Below, piece after piece: positions 31,779 through 45,071 of a DNA stretch of 64,000 nucleotides. Made by a program: the position numbers and the translations under genes. The DNA comes from the human T2T-CHM13v2.0 reference genome, Homo sapiens. Each line of letters opens with the position of its first letter. Within the stretch, counting starts at the first letter, position 1. The stretch is from assembly GCF_009914755.1 (NCBI RefSeq), contig NC_060926.1. The stretch is one strand, 5' to 3'. The notes beneath the pieces are model-generated. The model saw only the letters and a program-made list of their open reading frames with translations, searched no databases and was not told the DNA's origin.

Positions 31779-31905
31779 TATATATGTAGGTATATATATA
31801 CCTATATGTAGATATAGATATATACATACACATATATACATATATACTTTTGCATACATACATATGATATATATGAGATATATATATACACTTATATATA
31901 TAATA
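31779..31905. repeat. (TA)n-rich low-complexity tract
   Basis: Directly visible. Confidence 0.8.
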
Positions 31906-32644
31906 CAACCTTCATTATTTTTAAAATTTTTTCCTAAAAAAAGACTTGCAGTGATTGAGAGAAAGATAAACTCTCAATATTTAACGCAATATTTTGAGGC
32001 TTTTTATTTACTATTTCATTGTCTTCTAGCTAAATTGCACATTCCATTGAAAATTTTAATAATCAAACAAATAACTTACTTGCCTAAAGGATTTTATGAC
32101 CTGCACAGTAAATTCTTTTATTCTGTTTATTTTCCCAGGCAGTGGCAAATACCCAGACCCTAGGTTTGTGCCTCAGGTATATGGTCTAATAGAAACTCTA
32201 TTGCACAAAAATATGTTTTCCACAAAAATATGTTTTCCACAGTCTAAAAGGTCTCTGCGGGCAGTTGTTCCTGGAAGACCAACTCTCTGGATTTGCTTTG
32301 ACTTTCAATGATGTTTCCTGCAGGCAGGCAAGACTCTAAACACAGTTTCTCTCATCCAAGCATCTGGTAAATTTTATAGACAGTAGTTTACTGATCATTC
32401 TGACATTGAGTAGATTATTACTGACTGGTATCTGACATTCTTTTATAATGCCCTCCTGTTGAGAAAATCTGGACATGTCAAAATTGAAGCATATTTAGAT
32501 GTTAAGTGTGTCAGATAATATTAAACAAAAAAATCAATAATACAAATTTAAATTGAGTTGCACAAGAATTTGAAATCAAGCAGCAATGAAACACATAACT
32601 ATTTCGGTGAAACTTTGAAGCTCATACACACGAGAGAGTTTAAA

Positions 32645-33100
32645 AATTCTCTACTGCTCGTGTAAGAAATTACAACAAATTTAGTGACATAAACGAATGA
32701 ATTCTCTCACAGTTCTGGAAATCAGAAGTTCTAAATCAGTTTCACTGAGTTAATGGCAAGACTTATTCCTTGTAGAGGCTCTGAGGTGAAAATCCTTTTA
32801 TTGGCCTTTCCTAGCTTCTAAAGTTTCTTTTCTCACATTTCTGGGCTTACCCTTCTTCCAACTTCAAAGCCAGCAGTATAACATCTTTAAATCACTACCT
32901 CCCTCTTAACATCTCTTCTGTCTTTCTAATTACTTCTCTCTTATAAGGACTCCTTTGATTAAATCAGAACCACCCACATAATCCAAGATAACCTTTCTGT
33001 CCCAAGGTCCTTAATCACACTGGCAGTCTCTTTTCCCATATAAATTAACACTAGTTTCTGTGGATTAGGGCAAGGACGTGGCATATTTATGGCCTACCAT
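32645..33100 (-). mobile_element. MaLR LTR, MLT1D/E-like
   Basis: ctcacagttctggaaatcagaag; ccttcttccaacttcaaagccagcag; ttataaggactcctttgatt..cccacataatccaagataa; ends gcctaccata. Confidence 0.7.
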
Positions 33101-33370
33101 AAATCTTTAATATTAGAAATCATTATATATATTTTATGCATAATTTATACATATTTTGGACTATGTACGAACATATAATTGAAACTCTACTCAAATATTT
33201 GACTTTCACTCAAATCTTGATATTTACTTGGCACTTATTTTTATTTTAATAATATCATGTAACAATTATTAATACTATAATATTTCATCATATTGCATAG
33301 GTTCAGCCTTTTGAGAAATGTTTAAGGTGTTAAATACTTATATTTAGATGACTTAGATGACAGAGCAAAA

Positions 33371-33649
33371 TTTTTTCTTTTTTTTTTTTTTTTTTAGACA
33401 GTCTCACTCTGTAGCCCAGGCTGGAGTGCACTGGCATGATCTCGGCTCACTACAACCTCTGCCTCATGGGTTCAAGTGATTCTCTTGTCTTCCTGCCTCA
33501 GCCTCCTGAATAGCTGGGATTATAGGCACACACCACCACACCCGGCTAATTTTTGTGTTTTTAGTGGAGACAGGGTTTCATCACATTAGCCAGGCTGGCC
33601 TTGAGCTCCTGACCTCAAGTGATCCTCCTGCCTTGGCCTCCCAAAGTGC
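33371..33649 (-). mobile_element. AluS SINE, 5'-truncated by about 30 nt
   Basis: Poly(T) followed by the reverse Alu body ending at cctcccaaagtgc; flanking direct repeat cagagcaa (33361-33368, 33649-33656). Confidence 0.88.
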
Positions 33650-33656
33650 AGAGCAA

Positions 33657-34100
33657 CTTAGGCTGGGATAAGCTTGCATGACTTGTTTCTAACCTACTTG
33701 GTTGTCGGTTGAGCTTGCACCTGTAGTCAGCTGGTAGTCTATGGTCATATCCATATATATAGTGGTCAGCTTGGTTCTTGAAAAGCTTGATGGAAGTAAC
33801 TGGGCTGCTCATCTTCAGAAATTTTTGGGGGGTTTTCACATGGAGGTGATCATCGAGTTTAATAGAGTAGCAAAAGATGGCATGTCCCACTACAGAGTAT
33901 ATGTATGTTTCATGTCTCTGCTTGCATCATAAATACTATTGTACCATTTACCAAAGTGAATTATATGGCCAAATCCAGATTAAGGGCAATAAATTCAGAA
34001 ATATAAAGCTCTTGATAGAACACAGCTCTTGATGGTTTCAAAGTCAAATGACAAAAAGTTGTGCATGCTGGAATTGTAGCCATTTTTGCAATCTACCACA
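33657..34100 (-). mobile_element. Old MaLR LTR (MLT1H/I/J-like)
   Basis: tctctgcttgcatca..ccatttaccaaagtgaattatatggccaaatccaga..gccatttttgcaatctaccaca. Confidence 0.6.
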
Positions 34101-35818
34101 CTTAGGATGTTGATTCCTAAACCAATTATGTCAAAGGTAATTGCATTACCATTATCATTGCAGTCAAATACAAGAGTTATTCAAATACTGTAATAGAGTT
34201 GGAATTATTTTTTCAAGGTAAAAGTTTAAGGAGCTAGCAAAAGACTTGGGCTAGCAGAGGTGCCTATTCTATTCATCCCTCCCTAAACATTCAAAGGGCA
34301 TGTGATCTAACAAATAATTTAGAAGCTCTTACCAGAACTTTTAATCTTAAGCCTAGGAAACAAACATCATATTTAGATGTGGAAAATTCCTATGATATAG
34401 TTCTAAAAATGTTTTCAATTATCTCCTGTTACCTTGATTCCAGTCCTTCCTAATAATCTTCAAACTGCCTATAACTTACCAATAATTGTCAGTAATACAA
34501 TATTTGTTGTATTCCTTACTTTTTGAGACATTTCTTAATTGAAATATTTTATCTGTATTTTTCTCAACAACTGACCTAAATTTTTTAGCTCATTCTGTTG
34601 TAATCCAACATTGAATAAAAATTTGAAATATTTACAAATCCTGCATAGACTGATGTGATTTACAGGTGAAATCCTACTTATCGGATGTTTATTGGAGCTT
34701 CTTTAGTGTTAAGATCTATAAATATGTAAAAGGACATGTAGGGATCCCTGATTTTAGCCTGTTAAAAACAAGCATTAAGATCAATTTAATTTGTAAGATG
34801 ATAAGACAAGACAAAACAAGATAATATAATAAGACAAAAAAGAAAACACCTGTATGTTTTCCTTTTGCACCTATTTTACATGATATTCAGTTGCTGATGT
34901 TTCAGCTAAAATCATGAACGTGGAAGCTGTATGATCTTTAAGTTTTGCCATTATGTTTATGAAACAGATCACTGTTTGAAAAATCCAGAACACTAGTCCA
35001 ATCCCATTGAGCAGTGACTACTATCCTGACTAGATAATTGTAATGTATACAATAATTAAAATGTTCAGATCAGTTTTATTCTCTGCTAGGTTGTAATAAA
35101 GCTTTATGGGTAGCTATAATTAACCTCTATTTATGTTAATTGTGAGCTTTTAGGGATCTTGCAGTTGTTTACCATGCAATTCTCTTAAAAGACGTCTGAA
35201 GCAGCATAAAGAGTATACACAGCAAGACTTGTAGCCATAGTCATTCAGTATGGAAAAATAAAAAGTTGCTAACAGTGACATGCAGAGGTCATTTATTTTT
35301 TGTTCACTATGAATTATTTAATTTGTTCCCTTATTAGGTATAGGAAGGTCATTTATGGCATCAAATAATTTTCTCAGAATGAGCTCAGGCTCTCAGTGGA
35401 GCTCCCAGGCTAACCTATGAAAGGTGGAAGATATTATCAATTTTCTCTACATCCACCATACTATTATTGTCTCCAAGGTTAGCTGAAGAGATGTAGCGAA
35501 ATTCTGCCCCAAATGAGAACATAATGGAGACTAGACCTTTGGGTCGTGTCGTTATATTTCAAGCATCAGGGCTTCGCCTCTACTAGTTCCTTTGTTACAT
35601 CTGTTCCTAGAGTGCTTTCTTTTTTTGTGGTTCTTATAAGGACCCTGATATTACCTTTGCCAACATCAAGGGCAGAATCACAATAGAAAGTATAGATGTG
35701 TAGCTCAGCAGTGGAAAGTTACTTAAAATAGAACTATTATTTTAAAATTGACATAAGAACCACAGTTTCAATTTACTTTGGATGTGAACACTAAAGTCTT
35801 CTGCTTGTATTTCTTTCC

Positions 35819-35821
<3 letters not shown>

Positions 35822-35867
<46 letters not shown>
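35822..35867. repeat. (AT)23 perfect microsatellite
   Basis: 46 bp of uninterrupted AT. Confidence 0.95.
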
Positions 35868-35870
<3 letters not shown>

Positions 35871-36234
35871 TTGTGATATGTATATCACAATTTATTTTGT
35901 CAATTCAAAGTATATCTAACCATAACCCCAATTCATCTGAAAGACATTTATACATTTATAATTTTTAAAATTGAGAAACTTTAGTAACTGCAGGAGACTG
36001 AGGTAGAATTAATGCCAAGTATTGGGGAATTTCTATTGTTATGGGTCAAAACCTCACATTTATTTCCCTAATTACTTCTTCCAGTAGTCTCTACTCTATT
36101 TCTATATAGCAGGCACTGTATTTCAGGACCTAGAATTTTTCTTTCCTCAGGCAGCTCTTGCTACCAACTGTTAAATCAGAAATTATGCAGGATTTGAGAT
36201 ATTACCCTGTTAATATAACTGCCACAATTTTATA

Positions 36235-36400
36235 AACACACATATGTACACACAAACACACACACATATACATATATATGTACACACACACACATATATA
36301 TAGATTCCTGCATATATATGTACATATATGGTATATATGAAGTGTATCTAAAATATATAAATCTCTATATATGTGTGTGTATATCTCTATCTCTGTTTTT
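36235..36400. repeat. Mixed (CA)/(TA)/(TG) low-complexity tract
   Basis: Directly visible. Confidence 0.75.
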
Positions 36401-36429
36401 ATCAATCTGTATCTATTAATAGGAACACC

Positions 36430-36985
36430 ATACTTCTGGATCAGAGAACAGACCTTTTATTTACTCATACCTAGAACAATCTGAGAAGCAGTGGCTGCCC
36501 ATGCACCAGTTCCCCACAGAGTGAAAAAATGGTAGCAAAATCTACATGCTCTGTCCCCTGTACATGCAGGGCTTTGCACCAGACAAAATGCATCTGGGAA
36601 TATAAAACCTGGAGCTTATTTAGGGAAGCTGGTACATTACACCATTCTCCCGCTGAAGAAGAGTGAGGGAGGCCTTTGTTCTGGAATGTAAACACATCCT
36701 CTCTGAGAAAGAGTGAAGGAAGGGGGCTGAGGAGAAGGTCTTTAATTCTCTTTTACTACTCTAAAATATAAACAAATGACTTGGGATTCATTATCCTTAG
36801 AAGGTAAGCAAAAGGATTCAAGGAAGAAGCAATTTTACTTTTCATTGGCAAGAAAAAAAAATCTCTAACTTCAAAGACATGCTTCCCATGCAACCTTCTT
36901 TAAACCAAGATACCAGTACTCTTCGCTCTGAAAGCCCTGACCATGCAGAAACATGCAAATATTCATGAAGCCTTATTATCCAACA
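36430..36985 (-). mobile_element. Probable old ERVL-class LTR (LTR40/41-like)
   Basis: Minus strand starts TGTTGG..catgaatatttgcatgtttctgca; repeated aatgtaaaca/aatataaaca blocks. Subfamily uncertain. Confidence 0.4.
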
Positions 36986-36998
36986 CCACCATAATGTG

Positions 36999-37545
36999 TG
37001 TGATGGTTAATAATGAGTGTCAACTTGATTGGATTGAAGGGTGCAAAGTATTGTTCCTGGGTGTGTCTGTGAGGGTATTGCCAAAGGAAATAAACATTTG
37101 AGTCAGTGGACTGGGAGAGGCAGGCCCACCCTCAATCTGGGTGGGCACGATCTAATCAGTTGCCAGCATGGCTAGAATAAAGCAGGCAGAAGAACATGGA
37201 AGGACTTGACTTGGTGAATCTTCCAGCCTTCATCTTTCTCCCATGCTGGTGCTTCTTGCCCTAAACATAAGAACTCCAAGTTCTTCAGCTTTTGGACTCT
37301 TGGCCTTATACAAGGGATTTGTCATGGCCTCTTGAGCCTTTGGTCACAGACTGAAGGGGGCACTTTTGACTTCCCTACTTTTTCGGTTTTGGGGCTCGGA
37401 CTGGGTTCCTTCCTCCTCAGCTTGCAGACGGCCTATTGTGGGACTTCACCTTGTGATCTTTTGAGTCAATTCTCCTAATAAATTCCCCTTCATATATACA
37501 CATATCCTATTAGCTCTGTCTACTTAGAGAAGCCAGACCAATACA
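36999..37545 (+). mobile_element. HERVL solo LTR, MLT2A2-like (547 bp)
   Basis: tgtgatggttaata..gagtgtcaacttgattggattgaagg start; ends ..accaataca; perfect 5-bp TSD ATGTG at 36994-36998 and 37546-37550. Confidence 0.9.
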
Positions 37546-38013
37546 ATGTGCTTCCTCATATATTCACCAATCCTGGGCTTCTAAACTCCAAGAAATCCCT
37601 CTCTTCTTTTAAACTATAGTCCTCAAATTAATAGCATGTCTCTTCCTCTATCATCCTGGGCAGCCAACAAACAGTTTTCAATAATTTTAAACAATTCTCA
37701 AAAGATAACAAGAGCCAGTGCCTTCAAATGATTGGTGATTTCTTCTTTATAAAACCATCTTTAATGAAAGGAAAGTCAAAATGTGAAAATAATATGACAC
37801 AAGACAAAACAAATATGGGATAAATAACAAATTCAGCAGCCCAACAATTTATACTGCCAAAGGTTCCTTCGTTACAGCCTTGCCTTGATAGTAGATCCTC
37901 CTCTTACACAATGACTTTTATTACTGAAAATGTAATTTTGCATTGTACAGCCTCCACAAATTCTGATATGAAAATCTTTAAATGTTGTTCTAAGTGTTTA
38001 AACAATGTTCTTT

Positions 38014-38417
38014 GTCTTCTTTCCTTTTTCTTTTCATGTTATTTTAATTTAGAAATAGAAAACATCTTGGAAGAAATAAAAAGGAAGAAACCACAAAATA
38101 TTCAGCAAATTTTCACTCCATGAGCTTCTCAAACCCTCACTTGTTCACCCATCCCTAAGATGGAAAACACTCCTCCAAAACATATTCAGCTACCAGCAAT
38201 TATGTTATTAATAGGAATATGAACCAATTGCACAGAAAATCCAATGAATCCCATTATAGCAAATCTTATTGCTGTTGCCATGGCAATCTTCTGAAATTTT
38301 TTTCTATCAGGTTCGGAGCATCTTTAACCAGCTGAACTGAGTCCTTTACAAACTGCCAACTTGGCTCAACAAACTGTATTACATGATCCATGATTGCCTG
38401 TACCAGCTAAGATGCCC
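38014..38417 (-). pseudogene. SEC61G: Processed pseudogene of SEC61G (Sec61 translocon gamma subunit)
   Basis: CDS 38391->38186 reads [23 protein letters not shown] / -1 frameshift / [45 protein letters not shown]; parent is [68 protein letters not shown]. Intronless, with 3'UTR, ATTAAA (38043-38048), decayed A tail and 14-bp TSD aaac(a/c)atgttcttt at 38000-38013 and 38418-38431. Confidence 0.92.
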
Positions 38418-38769
38418 AAACCATGTTCTTTCATTTGAGGAGACAATCAAATATTTTTGAACAGGGTTGTGTCCATAATGGTAATTTATAGTAATTATTT
38501 CAGTGGCAATTGGGTCAAAATATTAATGTGGATACATAGGAGACTGGGAAAACACAGCAGAGAATATTGCAATAGTCTAGGTGTAAGACCATACATTCAT
38601 AAATCATTCTAGCAATGAAAATAATAAAAAGATGACTTTGAAAGTAGGAGACATTTGAAAATAGTAACTCATACATGAGTTTTCAAGTATGGGATAGTTA
38701 AAATTCAAAATCAACAACACTTATGTAGTGAGAATAATGAAAATATCCTTGATTACAAGTAAAGGAAAA

Positions 38770-40356
<1,587 letters not shown>

Positions 40357-43300
40357 AGGGAAAGGGGAGTTTATTTAAGGAATATTATGTTTTGAATTCT
40401 TTTTAGAATAGCTGTGTAGAATGGTACAATACTCTGGACTGTCACTATGAGAACACTAGGCTTAATTAATCTTGGGTATGGCAAATAAAATTATATTTAT
40501 GTTTTTTCTATTAGAACCCCTGATTTTTCTCTTTTCTTCTTCACTTAATGAAGCCGCATTTCTGGTGGTAACTTTGTCTCAAAGACAAGAATGACACACC
40601 TTTCTTATGAAGTTTTCACTACTGTGACATTGTTTTCAGGAACGTTAATTGTCAAAGGTGGCATCGAAACTTCACAGCTCTTCACTTAGCCTCTGAAATC
40701 TTTGCAATATATTTTGAGTATGTGTTCCAGAGTATATATCTTTTTGTCTTAAGAAACTAATTCCACGTAGTTCGACTTTATTCCATTAGAGATATTATAT
40801 TATAAGCTCTGGCTAATTCAGTGAATTAGTAGTATATTCATGTTTAGTGAATCAATATAATTGCACATCTAATCATGGATTTTTTTCCTGTGCAATTTTA
40901 ATGCATTTTACAGATGAATAGAAAACTGTAATTCTAATATTAATTAATGACCATTTGTTCTTTTAAAGTGTTACTGCAAAAAATGTTCTTAGTAATCATT
41001 GTCTGCTTTGCTTTTCTGTAATACAGGTGTCACATTCTGATATCAACATATACCTTTACATTTATTTCCTTTTATTTTCATACAATTTTATATGAATTAT
41101 AGGCATTAAATCTTAAAGCTTTAAAATTCCCTAAGAAGGTATAACTAATATGATGTTATAATTGAAGAACAAGCATATACACAACCTTGAGCTAATCTAA
41201 TTTTCTAATTTATTTAAAAAGATTTAAAGCAATTAGACTCATGTTAATAAGTAAGCTTATCTTTAGAACTCCCCTGGTAATATAGTATGGTGCATATCTG
41301 CATGTGATATCTAGAAGCTTGTAGCAATCTCAGGATCATAAGTCCTTATTTGTTTTTCCAGTGGCTATATTTGTTTGAATAGACAGATGTAACAAGGGTG
41401 AGCATATATATGATATGTAGGAAGTTTAACTTTTTATAGATAGTACTACAATGGTTAAACTGTCCAAATAGATAAACTTTCATGTTTTTCAGACTATAGA
41501 CCACTTAGACCAGGTAAAATGCATATGCCAAATGATTTAACCTGGGAATGCAGATGTTTTCACATGAAGGGGAGGGGATAAACATAAGAACTTCATGTGC
41601 CTTGTTAAAATACTTAATATAGCTCTCTCTTTCCATGTCACACTCTCTTTTTGACTTTTGTAGATTTAACTGTGAAGTTGGGGAAAAAAATACACATTGT
41701 ACTCTGTCTTGTGTTGACATGAGAATATGCAATAATCCTCCTTGGGTTAGATTTTGAGAGACCCTAGATTTAAAGAGAAAACATTTTTATGAGTAATAGT
41801 CTTGATGTTATAAATCCATAGGGATAACTAGGTCATAATTATGAATAAACTCATAGTAAAGTTAGCACAAAATGAAATGCTGTCAATTTATATCTTTGAG
41901 ATAGAAAAATAGTTTGTATAAATTAAGGCATATTTTGAGAAATATTTTATAATATTTTTCAACTGTGTGTAATTTCTTTACAAATATTAAACTAAATGAG
42001 CTAGGAGAGAATTAAAGATACATCTATTTGTAAGAATACTTCCTACTTTTGAAATACTTTATTTGTGGAAATAACTTTAAGGGACAAATATGAAGAATGC
42101 CATGGAAGCAACCTTATGATAAGTCATTTGTTTTTCTGTAACTTGCCTTACTGTTTATCTTGTTAAGAAACTTGTTGAGCAATTCTGCTGCATCTACTGG
42201 CACCTGACAGGAGTATCATCAGTCATTGCAGAGGTTTTGGACTACAAACTCTTTTACGGGATTCAGGAGGGATATGGATTTAAATTTTAAACTGGTTTCT
42301 GTCAGTGTGACAAATGAACACCAGAAAATTGTAGGACAATGGTAGAATGTCGAAATGCATGCCAAGGTAATGGGCCAATCTTCAAGTGGAATCAACAAAA
42401 ATAGCCTTAAAATAGCTCCAGGTTACACCGTTATTTTCATTCTATCTCCAAGGCATAAGAACAGCATATTATTAATTTTTGTAATCACTGCATTATGTTA
42501 AGAGGCTGAATAATTTATTCCTGAGTAATTCAATCCATAGAATAATAATTTTAACAAAACTGTTAATAGAGCATTGATTGTTAGCAAAATTTTTTGAAAA
42601 GTCCAAATAAGATATTAAGACAATATATGTAAAACATTTTCTCTCGGGTTATCTTTTTCTGAGTTTATTTTGTTGGCAAACTGATTGTTGCTTTATTCCT
42701 TTATTGGTTTTTATAACACTGATAACAGTGGTATTCTAAAGTGTGCATTCTTGTCCTGATTTTTCAAATATGTTTCAGCTAGAAAGAACTAGAAAAGATT
42801 ATTGCATTTTGATGAAGTGCATTTTAATATATCTGGGGACTCTTAACAAAATTAATTGAAGCAGTGACTGATATGATATGAACAGGAGCACAGTGCAGCC
42901 TGCCTCAGGCTTTAGATTCATACTCAGAAGTCAGAACTAGAAAAGTGCTTGGCTTCAAATTTTTCAATTCCCATAAGTTTTTTTATTGTACTGTGCAAAA
43001 CAGCTTTAGCTGCATATTTGTTCTCTCATAATGAAATCAACATAAATGGTTCAATGTTGGTATTTTAAGACAAGTCACTTTAAGATAGTTGAAATCATAT
43101 TGTACGGAATTTTAATAAAATACTAGTTGTTTAAAATTTCCAAATTAAATACTTGTCAGAGTTATTGCAACACAATGGTGAAGAAATCTTAAAAGCTAAT
43201 AAGTTTTCCTAAGTATGGTTTAAACATTAATATGTTAAAGATGTATTAAATACTTACCTCCATTGGAATCTTAAGTGTTTTATAAAAACATATTCTAATT

Positions 43301-45071
43301 GTTTAAGAAAAAGAATAAGTTATTTTGCTCCAAAAATGCTTCGGTTAAGTCTCTTATGAATTTATTCTTTTAGTAAATTTATATCATATTTAAAATCTCA
43401 AAATCAATAATTTATGATTTCATAACATGACTGGTATCTGCTTTATTTCACAGATAATAAGGAAAAAATATATTACATTGGGGAGAAATATGTGTTTACT
43501 TTTATTAACACCTTTTAATCATTAAGGTAATAAAAACAGTAAGTAAAACCAAGTGTTCAGATAATAATAGCAGAATTTAATACTTTTCTTATGTACTTAT
43601 TTATTCTTTATCTAAATTTATTCTGAATTAGAAATTATATTGGTCTAATATACAAAATTATTTAAGCATTTAAATGCTATTAAATGTGATTTTTGTTACC
43701 ATACAGTATAGTATAATACTAAAGGATTGTTAAATGATTTATTATCATTACGTTGATTTCATTAATATTCTTCAATATGTCAAAATGGAAATTGTACTCA
43801 ACAATGAAGTAGACCTGGTAAACTGATTTTAGCAGCCTAGTATATCTCCAGCCAGTTCAAATCTGATTGAGAGTCAACCTGATATTTTGAGAGGAGTCTG
43901 AGGAAATAAATTGATCCCCTTCAAAGCCATCATGGCACCTACAAAATTATGTTACATTACAAAAATGCATTGATAAAATAGCATAGAGGTTGCAAAATAT
44001 AACATTTCTCAATTTTATGGGGAAATACTGACAAGAATAAAATTTTTAAAAAATACACACACTATAAAAATCTTTATTGGCAAAACTATGCATTGATACA
44101 CTGAACTAAATACCGTCAAAATATGTTTTTTACTTCCCTTAGATTATGCCAGCATATGTAAATATGAAATATACACATGCAAGTACAAAAGAAACATGTT
44201 TGGGCAATTTTAAAGAAACTGGAATACAAAAAAAGAGAATATAATATAACACAACATTGTGTAATATTCACCAGAAATATAGGCTCAAGTAAAACAAACT
44301 AATGAAGGTAATAAAGTGCAACAGCATATTGTATTTTATTCTTCTTTCAAGATATTGGAGTTCTGAGCAGAATTATAGCACCTAACACATGAACTGGTTT
44401 AGCAAATATTCATTATAATGAAATATAATGATGGTAGTTGCTATAACCAAAGAGAAATTACTCTTCTTTTTAAATTCTGTGATGTTGGTAATTTTGGGAG
44501 AGTCAGCTTTATCATCAAAATTACTTTTGGTAATCAAATAGCTAAGCAAAATTATTTTTTGGAAATCCTTTGTCTAAAATCCAATGTAGAAACCACCTAA
44601 AATCAAATTACTCTTGAAATTTCTAGAAAGCTGCCATGTTGAAGACTTACATGTTTTTCTTGGACACTTGAAATAACTCACCCAAGTTTCCCTTATCGTT
44701 GAAAGACATGGCCCTTTAGTTCTGTCTTGCAACAGCTGAAGTAGTTACATTTGCAGGTTCTCTGTGGTATCAAAAAAATAAAAAAATAAAATGTCATTAA
44801 ATTTTAGAATCACATTCAGCATTATGAGAGAAATATCCAATTCTGTGTGCAAAGGTTCTGGGCCTGAGGAAGTAAACCAACACAATTTCAAGCTCACATT
44901 TGGGTAAAAACTCAGTGATTACTCTGGAGAAATGTCCAGGTTATTTGCTATTTTCTATCCTTCAAGGTGTTCCACCTGCCTCTTTTCTAAATCCTTATAT
45001 ATAAAGAAAAGAATATTAAATATAGTTACATTCATTGCACTTGTGATGTAATTTCAAAAATAACACTCACA

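Noticed and set aside
38274-38287. Near-palindromic RFX X-box-like motif GTTGCCATGGCAAT
   Set aside because: Fully explained as the IAMAT codons of the SEC61G retrocopy; no independent evidence of regulatory use
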